DNA of 64,000 nucleotides from Minisyncoccota bacterium (GTDB lineage: Bacteria > Patescibacteriota > Minisyncoccia > Phycocordibacterales > UBA5272): positions 90,980 through 154,979 of the forward strand of contig JBAZJW010000002.1 in the NCBI GenBank assembly GCA_041651055.1. The letters are read 5' to 3'. Shown here piece after piece: positions 10,596-19,296 of this stretch; positions within the stretch are counted from its first letter, which is position 1; every line of letters begins with the position of its first letter. The notes beneath the pieces were generated by a model. That model worked only from the letters and a program-made list of their open reading frames with translations, was not told where the DNA came from and ran no database searches. The translations under genes were made by a program, and so were the position numbers.

Positions 10596-11044
10596 TGGAA
10601 GAACTATATGTAAACACGGAGCGTATGAAGCATCGCCCCGATAAACCAAAATCTAATCTTGAATTTTGGAAAGTGTGGGTGCCTGTTATAGTTACGCTTG
10701 TAACTGTGTTTGGCTCTCTTGTTGGTATTTACATCCAGGGAAATAAATCTGCTTCTAAGATCGAGTACATAGTAAGCCAAATCAATGATGCAATAATTCC
10801 TAGGCTAGAAAAAGCACTTGAAGGTAATAATACAGAAATAAAGATTTTGCGTGAGCGGGTGGCTGTTCTAGAAAAAATGAGCGAGGTTCGAAGATCTAGA
10901 GTAGTTCCAACCACATTTGGTTTTGGTAATCCATTGGATCTTCCGGCACCTGCTGTAAAGACGCTTTCTAAACCAGCTACAGAGGCACTAAAGACTTCTA
11001 CTAAATATGATATACCTAGATTGCAACATGAACAGGTAGAGTAA
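10592..11044 (+). CDS. membrane protein with coiled-coil
   Basis: TM segment WKVWVPVIVTLVTVFGSLVGIYI then a heptad-like region. Confidence 0.35.
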   Translation: MMEELYVNTERMKHRPDKPKSNLEFWKVWVPVIVTLVTVFGSLVGIYIQGNKSASKIEYIVSQINDAIIPRLEKALEGNNTEIKILRERVAVLEKMSEVRRSRVVPTTFGFGNPLDLPAPAVKTLSKPATEALKTSTKYDIPRLQHEQVE

Positions 11045-11046
11045 TC

Positions 11047-13341
11047 ATGAAGAAACTGTTAATATCCGCTATTGCTGTTGTTTTTCTGTTTCCGTCCGCT
11101 GCTTATGCTGTTGCCTGCGTATCAAACGGAACTGGTGGTGGCAACTGGAGCGATGAAGCTACATGGACTGACGCCTCGTGCGGTGCAGCACATTTTCCTA
11201 TATCTGGAGATTCTGCTACCATAGCCGCAGGAGACACAGTAACAATAGATGGAGATCTTACGGTAGGCACTTCTCCCGCAAGTGCTGTTACTTATGATTT
11301 AGATATTTCTGGCACGCTGTATTGGCCAAACAATCCAGGCATAGATATGATTTTTACACTACAGTCCTCCATGAGAATAAACGCGGGAGGCATATTCCAG
11401 ATTGGGGATTCTGGAACCCCGTTAAATTCTGCAGTTCGTGCCCACATACTGTTTAATAATACATCTCCTGTCCCCGATCAAAAATACAAAATTCTTGTAA
11501 ATGGTGGCAAATTGTATGTGTATGGGAACTCAAGTTATTTTATGACATCAGGAGCAAATTACAGGGCAAGGATTTTTGGGTGCATTCCGGACTGCAACGC
11601 CGGTGCCGGTAGAACTATAATGCTAGACCGTGCTGTATATTGGCCTGCATCAGCCAGTCTCACACACGATGCGATATTGATCGGAATAGGAGGCAACGTA
11701 TCAACTGCCCCGGCTGCTGGTGACGATGGGGAACTAATTACTAGTTGGGGATCTCCTGGTTCTAGCAGCATCAACGGGGTAACACTTACAGAAAATCATA
11801 TGATTGGGGATATTGTAGTAAACGTGTCCCGAAACGTTCTCTTTCAGGCGGATAGTGCTACTTATCATAGCATAGTAGAAACAACTGCTACAAATAATCC
11901 ATACGATATAAATTATGCGAGGTTCGATGAATTTGGAGATAACACTACCACAGGATCTGGTATAACATTCAATGCTGCATCTAATACTGTTGGAACAATA
12001 AATCATGTATCCGTAACTAATTGTGAAGATGGTGCCGGTACTACTTGTTTTTATATTAACTCTTCTGGATGGACTAAATTTGAAGGAAATACGGCATATG
12101 AATCAAGATCAACTGGAAATGGATTTTATTTTTTAGGTAATCAGTATCCAGCAGGAACATTTGAAATAAAAGATTGTACATATATTGAGGGACCACTAGG
12201 AAATGGAGATGGTATTGAATTCGCTTCAAACACTGTAAAAACTGATTTAACTGGATTTTGGTCATCTAACGCAAATTCTGGAATAAAAATAACTGCATCA
12301 TATACTGATACTTATTCTTGTATTCTTCATGCTACCACTACTTATGGGGTACAAATTACAAGCCCAAATTCTACGTATTATCAGTATGTAAAATTAAAAA
12401 TAGATTCATGTGAAATAAGGAATAGTGAATCGAATTCAATATATTTGCTCTCATTTGCAAATTTAATTTATTCAAATAATGATATAGATGGAGCAGAAGC
12501 TACTTGCTTCAATGTTGCTGGTAGTTTTTATGGTTATTTTGAAAATAATACTTACGATAGATGCAATACGAGCAATACAACAAACAGAGCAGGATTTGAA
12601 ATACTTAATTCTGACAATAATTTTGATGTATATGCAGTAAATGAATCATTTGGAGCAACAACCGCAAACAATAAATCAAATATAAATATAGATTCACCAA
12701 CATTCAATGATACAATTACTGGATCTAATAGATATGTATGCAACAATTGCTTACTCGCAGAAGTTAATAATCCGATTACATGTAGCTCAATGCCAACAGA
12801 TGGAATAATTATTCCATGTCTTACATATAATAATGCCGTGTATATTCCAGAGGAATCTTTTTATTCATTACATAATAAAGATCAAGTTGAAAATGCAAAT
12901 TACGGATGGGGTCCTGGGGGAATGGTATTTACTAGAGAAACCGTGACTGTCGTGGATAATACATTGAATGTTAAAGTTCAGCCAGGAAACGCTACTGACT
13001 ATGGGTACCTTCCTTTAGGAACTATAAGCGTTGTGCAAGGACAAACTGTTACTGTAAACGTACAAATACGCAAAGACGAATCTCAAAGTGCAGGATTTCG
13101 GCCAAGATTGGGTTTAGAAGGGGCAGGATTTAACAGGTACACCACATACGATGAAATGAGCGATGCTATAAACACATGGGAGACGGTCACTGTCACTGGT
13201 GTGGCCACTTACTCTGGAAGCGTTCATATTTATTTAGGCGTTAAAAATAATTTGTCTGGTGCGAACAACTATGAGCCGGAATGGCCACCAACACTAGAAA
13301 TATATGCAGATGGAATCAGTGTTACAAAGACAGGGCCATGA
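11047..13341 (+). CDS. beta-helix protein (tailspike/depolymerase-like) with signal-like peptide
   Basis: MKKLLISAIAVVFLFPSAAYA; many N-x-T/S, IxNxxI beta-helix-type repeats. Confidence 0.5.
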   Translation: MKKLLISAIAVVFLFPSAAYAVACVSNGTGGGNWSDEATWTDASCGAAHFPISGDSATIAAGDTVTIDGDLTVGTSPASAVTYDLDISGTLYWPNNPGIDMIFTLQSSMRINAGGIFQIGDSGTPLNSAVRAHILFNNTSPVPDQKYKILVNGGKLYVYGNSSYFMTSGANYRARIFGCIPDCNAGAGRTIMLDRAVYWPASASLTHDAILIGIGGNVSTAPAAGDDGELITSWGSPGSSSINGVTLTENHMIGDIVVNVSRNVLFQADSATYHSIVETTATNNPYDINYARFDEFGDNTTTGSGITFNAASNTVGTINHVSVTNCEDGAGTTCFYINSSGWTKFEGNTAYESRSTGNGFYFLGNQYPAGTFEIKDCTYIEGPLGNGDGIEFASNTVKTDLTGFWSSNANSGIKITASYTDTYSCILHATTTYGVQITSPNSTYYQYVKLKIDSCEIRNSESNSIYLLSFANLIYSNNDIDGAEATCFNVAGSFYGYFENNTYDRCNTSNTTNRAGFEILNSDNNFDVYAVNESFGATTANNKSNINIDSPTFNDTITGSNRYVCNNCLLAEVNNPITCSSMPTDGIIIPCLTYNNAVYIPEESFYSLHNKDQVENANYGWGPGGMVFTRETVTVVDNTLNVKVQPGNATDYGYLPLGTISVVQGQTVTVNVQIRKDESQSAGFRPRLGLEGAGFNRYTTYDEMSDAINTWETVTVTGVATYSGSVHIYLGVKNNLSGANNYEPEWPPTLEIYADGISVTKTGP

Positions 13342-13616
13342 ATAAAGAAATTGAAAATATACTTAGTTTTTTGTGTTCAGAATTGAAGAGTGTAATTGAA
13401 GGAGTGTTTTACAATGATACTACCTTCAACAATGAATTGTGTGTTTATGTAATTGTACGTGAACATTTTAACAGGTTCTATGAAAAAATACTATTAACAG
13501 AAGGAAAAATAAATCAGACGTATAAAACACCAGTTACAATACATGTGTGGGCATCTCAAGGTCGCACGATAGAAAAATGCAGACCTCCTAGTACCAAGCA
13601 GTGGGTATCTAAGTGA
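13281..13616 (+). CDS. hypothetical protein
   Basis: 111-aa ORF overlapping upstream gene end. Confidence 0.3.
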   Translation: MATNTRNICRWNQCYKDRAMNKEIENILSFLCSELKSVIEGVFYNDTTFNNELCVYVIVREHFNRFYEKILLTEGKINQTYKTPVTIHVWASQGRTIEKCRPPSTKQWVSK

Positions 13617-14167
13617 CTCCGTGGGGTGATGGGCTTCCTGGGTTAGATGACGTCCCGATTGGTGGGTGGGGCGACGGACTTCCTCTTGGGCCGTCTACTG
13701 TTGGACCTCAAGTCGTGTCTGCTGTGGCTGTGGATTCTACTACCACAAGACTTACCTACAATAAAGAAGTACAACATTCAAACCCAGGTAACATCAACGA
13801 TTCTTTGAATCCAGCGAATTATGCTTTTTCTGGTGGTTTATCTGCGGTGAGTGTGTCTGTTAACCAAGCCAATCCAACTGTAGTAGATATTATAGTAACG
13901 CCTGCAATGGAGAACATTAACTACACTGTTGTAGTGTCTAATGTAGAAGATCTTGCGGGCAATCTGGTAGATCCACTATATAATTCTGCTACGTACTTGG
14001 GACCGGAAAATGACGAAGCCAACGATTTTATTGCTGAAATACTCATTGGTGATGAGGTGGTGTGGAGTGCAAACAGTTTTGTAAACCAACAAAAAATAAA
14101 AATTGACGTGGCACGATTTTACGGTAAATTTCCTCTAACGTTTAGGATAAGGGGTATTAGGATATGA
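13613..14167 (+). CDS. Ig-like domain structural protein
   Basis: Beta-sandwich-like composition (VVSAVAVDSTTTRLTY...). Confidence 0.35.
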   Translation: MTPWGDGLPGLDDVPIGGWGDGLPLGPSTVGPQVVSAVAVDSTTTRLTYNKEVQHSNPGNINDSLNPANYAFSGGLSAVSVSVNQANPTVVDIIVTPAMENINYTVVVSNVEDLAGNLVDPLYNSATYLGPENDEANDFIAEILIGDEVVWSANSFVNQQKIKIDVARFYGKFPLTFRIRGIRI

Positions 14168-14427
14168 GAAAAAGAGACGTGGACTGCAAGCGCATAAGAG
14201 AGCGCATTGTTGCTCTGCTTGAAAAGGAACCGTGGCTTACTAATTACACCATCAGCCAACGATTTGGATGCCCTGTTGACTATGTAGGAGACGTAAGACG
14301 TTCTGCCGGTAAAAAGTCTCCTAGAACTGAAACACTTACTGATACAGACTTCAAGAAATCAAGATTTTCAAAGCTAATCAAAAAACTAAGAAACAACCCT
14401 CATTACATAACTGAGCGTAAGAAATAA
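14164..14427 (+). CDS. putative winged-helix DNA-binding protein
   Basis: Basic 87-aa protein; IVALLEKEPWLTNYTISQRFG resembles an HTH. Confidence 0.35.
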   Translation: MRKRDVDCKRIRERIVALLEKEPWLTNYTISQRFGCPVDYVGDVRRSAGKKSPRTETLTDTDFKKSRFSKLIKKLRNNPHYITERKK

Positions 14428-14495
14428 TAGTACACAAAGACATACTAAATGTTGATGCAGGCATACTTGTACATCAAGTAAATCTGTGCGGGGTT

Positions 14496-14849
14496 ATGGG
14501 TGCTGGTGTAGCCAAGCAAATTAGACTAAAGTATCCACAAGTATTTACAGAGTACAGTGCAGCTTGCGCACACAATAACTGTGGATTGGGTGATGTTCAA
14601 TTTGTTGAAATAAATGAGTATTTGTACGTGTGTGATTTGTTCGGTCAAAGAGGGTATGGCAGAAATGAACTACACACTGATTATGCAGCACACAGAAAAG
14701 CGTGGCCGCTCATTAAGAACAAGTCGAGTGAACTGCAATTAAAAGTGTTTGCGCCTTACATGATAGGGTGTGGTTTAGGTGGTGGTAACTGGGACGTCTT
14801 GCGACCGATAATAGAGTCAGCGTGCGATGTAGTATGGTGCCGAAAGTGA
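14496..14849 (+). CDS. macro domain protein (ADP-ribose binding/processing); true start unresolved
   Basis: GAGVAKQI (GGGVagAI) and FAPYMIGCGLGGGNW (PaIstGvyG) macro motifs. The open frame extends upstream to 14421 and encodes the conserved KDIL-VDAGILVHQVNL N-terminus (GDIT/NAAN region), but has no ATG/GTG/TTG there. Confidence 0.55.
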   Translation: MGAGVAKQIRLKYPQVFTEYSAACAHNNCGLGDVQFVEINEYLYVCDLFGQRGYGRNELHTDYAAHRKAWPLIKNKSSELQLKVFAPYMIGCGLGGGNWDVLRPIIESACDVVWCRK

Positions 14850-14865
14850 AAAGGAAAGGTACACA

Positions 14866-15711
14866 ATGGAAGCCATAGTTGTAGACAAATTTATTGATAA
14901 ACGCACCGACCCAGTAAACCTGACGGTCTATGGGGACCTGCACGAAGACTCACGCATGTGTAACATAAAGAAGCTGCACGAACATATGAATCATCGAGCG
15001 AAATTAAAGAATGCTATGTTTGTTGGTATTGGGGATATGAGTGACTGGATTTTACCTTCTGATAAAAGATACACACCATCAAATACACGTATAGATGCAA
15101 TACACCCAGGGTACGATGATTTGATTGATCGTGAAATAATGCGACAGGCAGAGTTCTATAAGAAGTTTCCGTGGGCTGTGCTGGGAATGGGCAACCATTG
15201 TCTGAAACCACTAAAAGTGCATTACACCAACCCAGCAGAGAGACTGGCACAAATACTTGGATGTAAATATGGTGGGTACAGTGGATTTTTGAGGATTCGC
15301 ATAAGACAAAAAGGTAAGATGAAGAATTATGTATCTAGTGATATCGTTGGCTCAGTTACCATACTCTACCATCATGGTGCGTGGGGTGGAAGAGTAATAA
15401 AGGGTTTTGGTGGTGCCAGGGATTGGGGTAGGGCGCATGAAGGATGGGACGTTCTTTGTTATGGGCACTCACATCAAACAGTAGTACATCAAGAAGTCAG
15501 AAAAATGATGACACACAGAGGAAACATCGTAGACAAAGACGTGTATATAGTAAACTGCGGCACATTTTACTCTGGTGTTGCGGATGGTGGTCCGCCATCC
15601 TATGCAGAGAGAGGTGGCTTTCCACCAGTTTCGGTGGGAGCCCCTCTTATTACCATAACTCCGTGTGAACAATCCATACCACACATATCCATAAGTGTTG
15701 GAGACTGCTAA
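14866..15711 (+). CDS. calcineurin-like metallophosphoesterase
   Basis: Motifs GDLH, GIGDMSD, GNHC, HHG, GHSH match metallophosphoesterase motifs I-V. Confidence 0.7.
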   Translation: MEAIVVDKFIDKRTDPVNLTVYGDLHEDSRMCNIKKLHEHMNHRAKLKNAMFVGIGDMSDWILPSDKRYTPSNTRIDAIHPGYDDLIDREIMRQAEFYKKFPWAVLGMGNHCLKPLKVHYTNPAERLAQILGCKYGGYSGFLRIRIRQKGKMKNYVSSDIVGSVTILYHHGAWGGRVIKGFGGARDWGRAHEGWDVLCYGHSHQTVVHQEVRKMMTHRGNIVDKDVYIVNCGTFYSGVADGGPPSYAERGGFPPVSVGAPLITITPCEQSIPHISISVGDC

Positions 15712-15712
15712 T

Positions 15713-16510
15713 ATGAACATTGGAATAGCTGGGTTCGGGTTTGTGGGTCAGGCTGTGTATGCTTCTTTGAAACCTGAGTACAAAAAACAGTGCATTATTT
15801 ATGATCCCCCGAAAGGTTTTGATAATTTTGACCAACTGATTGCCAGCGATTTTGTATTTTGCTGTTTGCCGTCACCAACCATAAAAGACGAAAACTTAGG
15901 AATAAGTGGTCTTAGACAGGACTTTTCTGCATATGAACAGTTTTTCAAAGCAGTAATTGGTCAATTAAAAAACAAACAAACTGTATTTATAGTAAAAAGT
16001 ACAGTGCTGTATAGCAATATACTCCCTTATTTATCACAGCTAAACATAGTAATGAATCCAGAGTTTCTGAACCAAAATACGTCTATTGAAGATTTTATGA
16101 ATCAAAAATGGGTGTTGTTGGGAGGAAGGACGGACCGCTGTTGCCAAGTTAGGGATATGTATGATGAGTGCTTTGACCTTGGGTACACTATATGTGAATT
16201 TTGTAGTGAAAAGGAAGCCATAGAGGCAAAATACATTCACAACTTGTACCATGCGTATAAAGTACTGTTTTGGAACTACGTACAAGAAGTAACCGGCAAT
16301 GAACGAAAGATTTATGATTTGTACAAGAAAGTGTTGAAAGAACCAACTGATATGGCCAAAATTTGTGCAGATGGCTCACCTGGATTTGGTGGAGCATGCT
16401 TTCCAAAGGATTTGGCCGCCTTTGACGGAGAATTTCCGCATATGTTGACCAGGTTCATGCAAGAGTACAATCACCGATTAAGGTCGATGGGCTTCAAAAC
16501 AAATCTTTAG
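15713..16510 (+). CDS. UDP-glucose/GDP-mannose dehydrogenase family-like protein (short form)
   Basis: GIAGFGFVGQAV Rossmann motif; VFIVKSTVLYSNI; catalytic-Cys motif GFGGACFPKDL; only ~266 aa, so C-terminal domain is missing. Confidence 0.55.
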   Translation: MNIGIAGFGFVGQAVYASLKPEYKKQCIIYDPPKGFDNFDQLIASDFVFCCLPSPTIKDENLGISGLRQDFSAYEQFFKAVIGQLKNKQTVFIVKSTVLYSNILPYLSQLNIVMNPEFLNQNTSIEDFMNQKWVLLGGRTDRCCQVRDMYDECFDLGYTICEFCSEKEAIEAKYIHNLYHAYKVLFWNYVQEVTGNERKIYDLYKKVLKEPTDMAKICADGSPGFGGACFPKDLAAFDGEFPHMLTRFMQEYNHRLRSMGFKTNL

Positions 16511-16603
16511 TTCGAACTTTAATATTTAGTTCGAACCTTCAACCTCCCTACGAAATAACAGCGTATTTAGGAGCATGAAACGTTTTGTCCGACTTGTGTT
16601 ATA

Positions 16604-16900
16604 ATGGAGGTGTTGGATAACTGCATAAGGAGTTGTGCAATGTATAATGTAATAATTCAAAGATTGTGGAATTGCATTCTATGGTTATTTTACAAAGAAA
16701 GACGATCAATAGGTTGGTGGATTAAGAACCTTGAAAGAAGGACTGGCGGCAAAACAATAAATATACCACAAAGTGTGCAGTATGGAAATCTGCTGGTCAT
16801 AACACACGATGGCTGGAAAATCACTGATCACAGTGGTAATGGAACCGGTTTTACGCTCATGCACTTACAATCTGGGAGGGTGTTGATAATAAGAAAATAA
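16604..16900 (+). CDS. hypothetical protein
   Basis: 98-aa ORF. Confidence 0.3.
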   Translation: MEVLDNCIRSCAMYNVIIQRLWNCILWLFYKERRSIGWWIKNLERRTGGKTINIPQSVQYGNLLVITHDGWKITDHSGNGTGFTLMHLQSGRVLIIRK

Positions 16901-16905
16901 CTATC

Positions 16906-16934
16906 TTTACTGATTATTATATGTGTAGTATAAT
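16906..16934 (+). promoter_or_regulatory. sigma70-type promoter TTTACT-N17-TATAAT
   Basis: -35 at 16906-16911, -10 at 16929-16934, then AGGAGG and ATG at 16953. Confidence 0.45.
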
Positions 16935-16952
16935 GTGTACCAGGAGGTGCTT

Positions 16953-17117
16953 ATGATGGGTAGTGCTGTAAAGTTTATGAGAATGCTTTCTGAGGCCAAG
17001 ACTGAAGAAGAAGTGACCAGAAAGTGGACCAAGAGACGAGTCTTGCAATTCGCAAGTGGTGTGAGGAAAACTGTATCGAAATGGGCGGAGGTTGGTGACA
17101 TATGGGCAATTCAATGA
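16953..17117 (+). CDS. small hypothetical protein
   Basis: AGGAGG RBS 6 nt upstream of ATG. Confidence 0.4.
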   Translation: MMGSAVKFMRMLSEAKTEEEVTRKWTKRRVLQFASGVRKTVSKWAEVGDIWAIQ

Positions 17118-17266
17118 AACATAAGCTGTTTTGGGTTGAGTATAACAACGGTAAAATCGAAAAGAAGTACAAGATTTTCAAGAATGTTAAAGACCGAGAC
17201 AATTTTTCTAAGGAGCTGGTGAAGAAGGAACATTTTGTCGCTTTCAGGACATGGGCGTGTACATAG
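17114..17266 (+). CDS. small hypothetical protein (50 aa)
   Basis: ATGA start/stop overlap with upstream gene; below ORF-track cutoff. Confidence 0.3.
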   Translation: MKHKLFWVEYNNGKIEKKYKIFKNVKDRDNFSKELVKKEHFVAFRTWACT

Positions 17267-17283
17267 TTCGGTGGAGATTAGCC

Positions 17284-17715
17284 ATGCAATTTGTTTATGA
17301 CGATGGTGGGCGTGCTGCTGCAGGGTTCAAGGGAGATGCCGGTGATTGTGTTTGTCGTGCTATTGCAATTGCTTGCCAGAAACCTTATTTGGAGGTGTAC
17401 GACGCACTGAATGTGTGTGCAAAGGATGAACGTATTACAAAGAGACGGCCAAAAAGATCAAGTGCACGTACCGGTGTAAATAAGGGTATCATCAAAAAGT
17501 ACTTGGCTGGTATTGGTGCTAAGTGGGTGCCGACCATGCACATCGGTGCGGGCTGTAAAGTACATTTACGAGACGGGGAAATTCCGATGGGCAGGCTGGT
17601 GGTGCAGGTTAGCAAGCACCTGGTGGCAGTAATTAACGGCGTAGTTCACGATACCTACAATCCAGATCGCGACGAAAGCAGGTGCGTGTATGGGTACTGG
17701 TGGGTGGTGCCATGA
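17284..17715 (+). CDS. hypothetical protein
   Basis: ORF; internal ATG (MQFVYDDGG) chosen to avoid overlap. Confidence 0.35.
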   Translation: MQFVYDDGGRAAAGFKGDAGDCVCRAIAIACQKPYLEVYDALNVCAKDERITKRRPKRSSARTGVNKGIIKKYLAGIGAKWVPTMHIGAGCKVHLRDGEIPMGRLVVQVSKHLVAVINGVVHDTYNPDRDESRCVYGYWWVVP

Positions 17716-17894
17716 GTCGTAAAGAATTACTCGATGATAGATTTGTTCGGTGGGAGGTGGTGGTCTGTGACAAGTGCGGCGCAGAGTGGACTGTAGATGT
17801 TGCTGAGAAACGTGGGTGGGATTTAGACAACAATGGACGTGATTTTTGTAATTACTGTGCTGTTGCGAAAAAGAAGAAAAATGTTAAGTATTAG
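17682..17894 (+). CDS. small Zn-ribbon protein
   Basis: CDKCG...CNYC pair. Confidence 0.35.
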   Translation: MRVWVLVGGAMSRKELLDDRFVRWEVVVCDKCGAEWTVDVAEKRGWDLDNNGRDFCNYCAVAKKKKNVKY

Positions 17895-18096
17895 ATAGTC
17901 TTTCAATCTCTCTATTTACATACCACGCCGCTTTCTGTAAATCTTCAAGTTGATTGTTCTTCAAACCAGCGCGCCACAAATATTTTATGGCATTGCCGAT
18001 GTTGAAATTGAAGTGTTCTACCACCGTGATACACTCTACACCTGATGGGTGACTGTTGTAGTGTGGTGGGTGATTCACTTTTTCTTTCTTTGTCAT
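17884..18096 (-). CDS. DUF3310-family phage protein
   Basis: HYNSHPSGVECI...GNAIKYLWRAGLK...DLQKAAWYVNREI matches the DUF3310 signature. Confidence 0.6.
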   Translation of the reverse strand: MTKKEKVNHPPHYNSHPSGVECITVVEHFNFNIGNAIKYLWRAGLKNNQLEDLQKAAWYVNREIERLSNT

Positions 18097-18383
18097 TAAT
18101 ACAGCACCTTGTGTTTGGAGGTGTCCACCAATTCTATGTATATGCTTGAATTCATGGACTTTGCTAGTTTTACCATCATTCGAAGTGTGAGTTTGGCTGG
18201 GCTTATGGCTATGGCTCGCAATTCCTTAACAGTCAATCCGAGTTCTTTTGATAGTATATCATAGTTGCACCGGCCGACTTCTTTTGATGCCTGTCTGAGT
18301 TTGTCTGTGGCATATGATATAGACTTATCCACTATCTGTTTGTTGATGTGATATAGTTCAATGTTGACCTCTTCCTCGGTCAT
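18096..18383 (-). CDS. putative HTH protein
   Basis: ILSKELGLTVKELRAIA helix-turn-helix-like; start/stop overlaps neighbours, suggesting translational coupling. Confidence 0.4.
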   Translation of the reverse strand: MTEEEVNIELYHINKQIVDKSISYATDKLRQASKEVGRCNYDILSKELGLTVKELRAIAISPAKLTLRMMVKLAKSMNSSIYIELVDTSKHKVLY

Positions 18384-18808
18384 GTATTCAGCCTCATTTT
18401 GGCTATGCCGTTACCGGTAGTAAACCACACGTCTCTGCACCCAAGCTCCCTTAGGTATGCAGAACAACACGGACACGGCTTGCTGTTTTTCAATATACCT
18501 TTCTTTGACATTCTGACATTCAAAACCTCCCAAGTCTTGTTTTGATTCAATATTCCTTTGGCTTTTCTGTAGGCATCAGTCTCTGAATGTATCTTTCCAT
18601 ATTTTGGGTATCCATGATAAATCAAAGGATCAGCCGACCTATTGTAACCCACTTCTACTATAGCGTTGTCTTGTACCACAAAGGTGAAGTGTGCATGATA
18701 CCTGATCTGCGGGTGTCTCTTCTCGAATATTTTCTTTCGAGCCCTGGCAACGCACTCGCGTATAACAGTATCCTTCATGCAGACTGGTTGTACTATTACT
18801 ATGCTCAA
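18380..18808 (-). CDS. CDA-fold zinc deaminase-like protein
   Basis: HSETDAY ... PCPCCSAYL is the H-x-E / PC-x2-C zinc signature of the cytidine/dCMP deaminase superfamily. Confidence 0.45.
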   Translation of the reverse strand: MSIVIVQPVCMKDTVIRECVARARKKIFEKRHPQIRYHAHFTFVVQDNAIVEVGYNRSADPLIYHGYPKYGKIHSETDAYRKAKGILNQNKTWEVLNVRMSKKGILKNSKPCPCCSAYLRELGCRDVWFTTGNGIAKMRLNT

Positions 18809-18879
18809 TAGTAAATATACGAGGATTTATGATCTTGTTGCTGTGTTTGATTAAATTATTGTGAAAGGCGGGTAAATGC

Positions 18880-19275
18880 ATGGAAACCGTAAGTAATATC
18901 ATAGACCAGGCATTTTTGAAATCATTAGAAGAACGGATAGTTGCGTTTGTGCTAGATGACAACCACATTTACCTGTTCCTTGGTCTTATATCTATAATGG
19001 CGTTGCTTAGGTATGTACCATATTTTCAAAAAGTGGTTTTTACAGAGTCAAGAAAATGGTTAGCCGCTCCAATAAACGTAGCATTGAGCGTGGTTGGTGT
19101 ATTTCTACTGAGTATGACGCCTGCTACCACCACGGGTTTGAAAATCGTGGTAGTTGCGGTTGAGTCTACGTTGGCAACCTTCTTGTATGAAGCAGCTCTG
19201 AAGAGACTCATTAGCATGGTACAAAGTAGATTAGAAAAGTACAAGAATGGTGATGCTGCGCCGCCCACCGTATAA
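18880..19275 (+). CDS. multi-TM membrane protein
   Basis: 3 hydrophobic segments. Confidence 0.4.
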   Translation: METVSNIIDQAFLKSLEERIVAFVLDDNHIYLFLGLISIMALLRYVPYFQKVVFTESRKWLAAPINVALSVVGVFLLSMTPATTTGLKIVVVAVESTLATFLYEAALKRLISMVQSRLEKYKNGDAAPPTV

Positions 19276-19296
19276 CCGAATGGTGTTGTGTAAGTA

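Noticed and set aside
16505-16550. Direct repeat TTTAGTTCGAAC x2 containing palindrome GTTCGAAC, considered as tRNA or terminator
   Set aside because: No cloverleaf can be drawn and there is no GC stem or T-tract; at most a small regulatory site.
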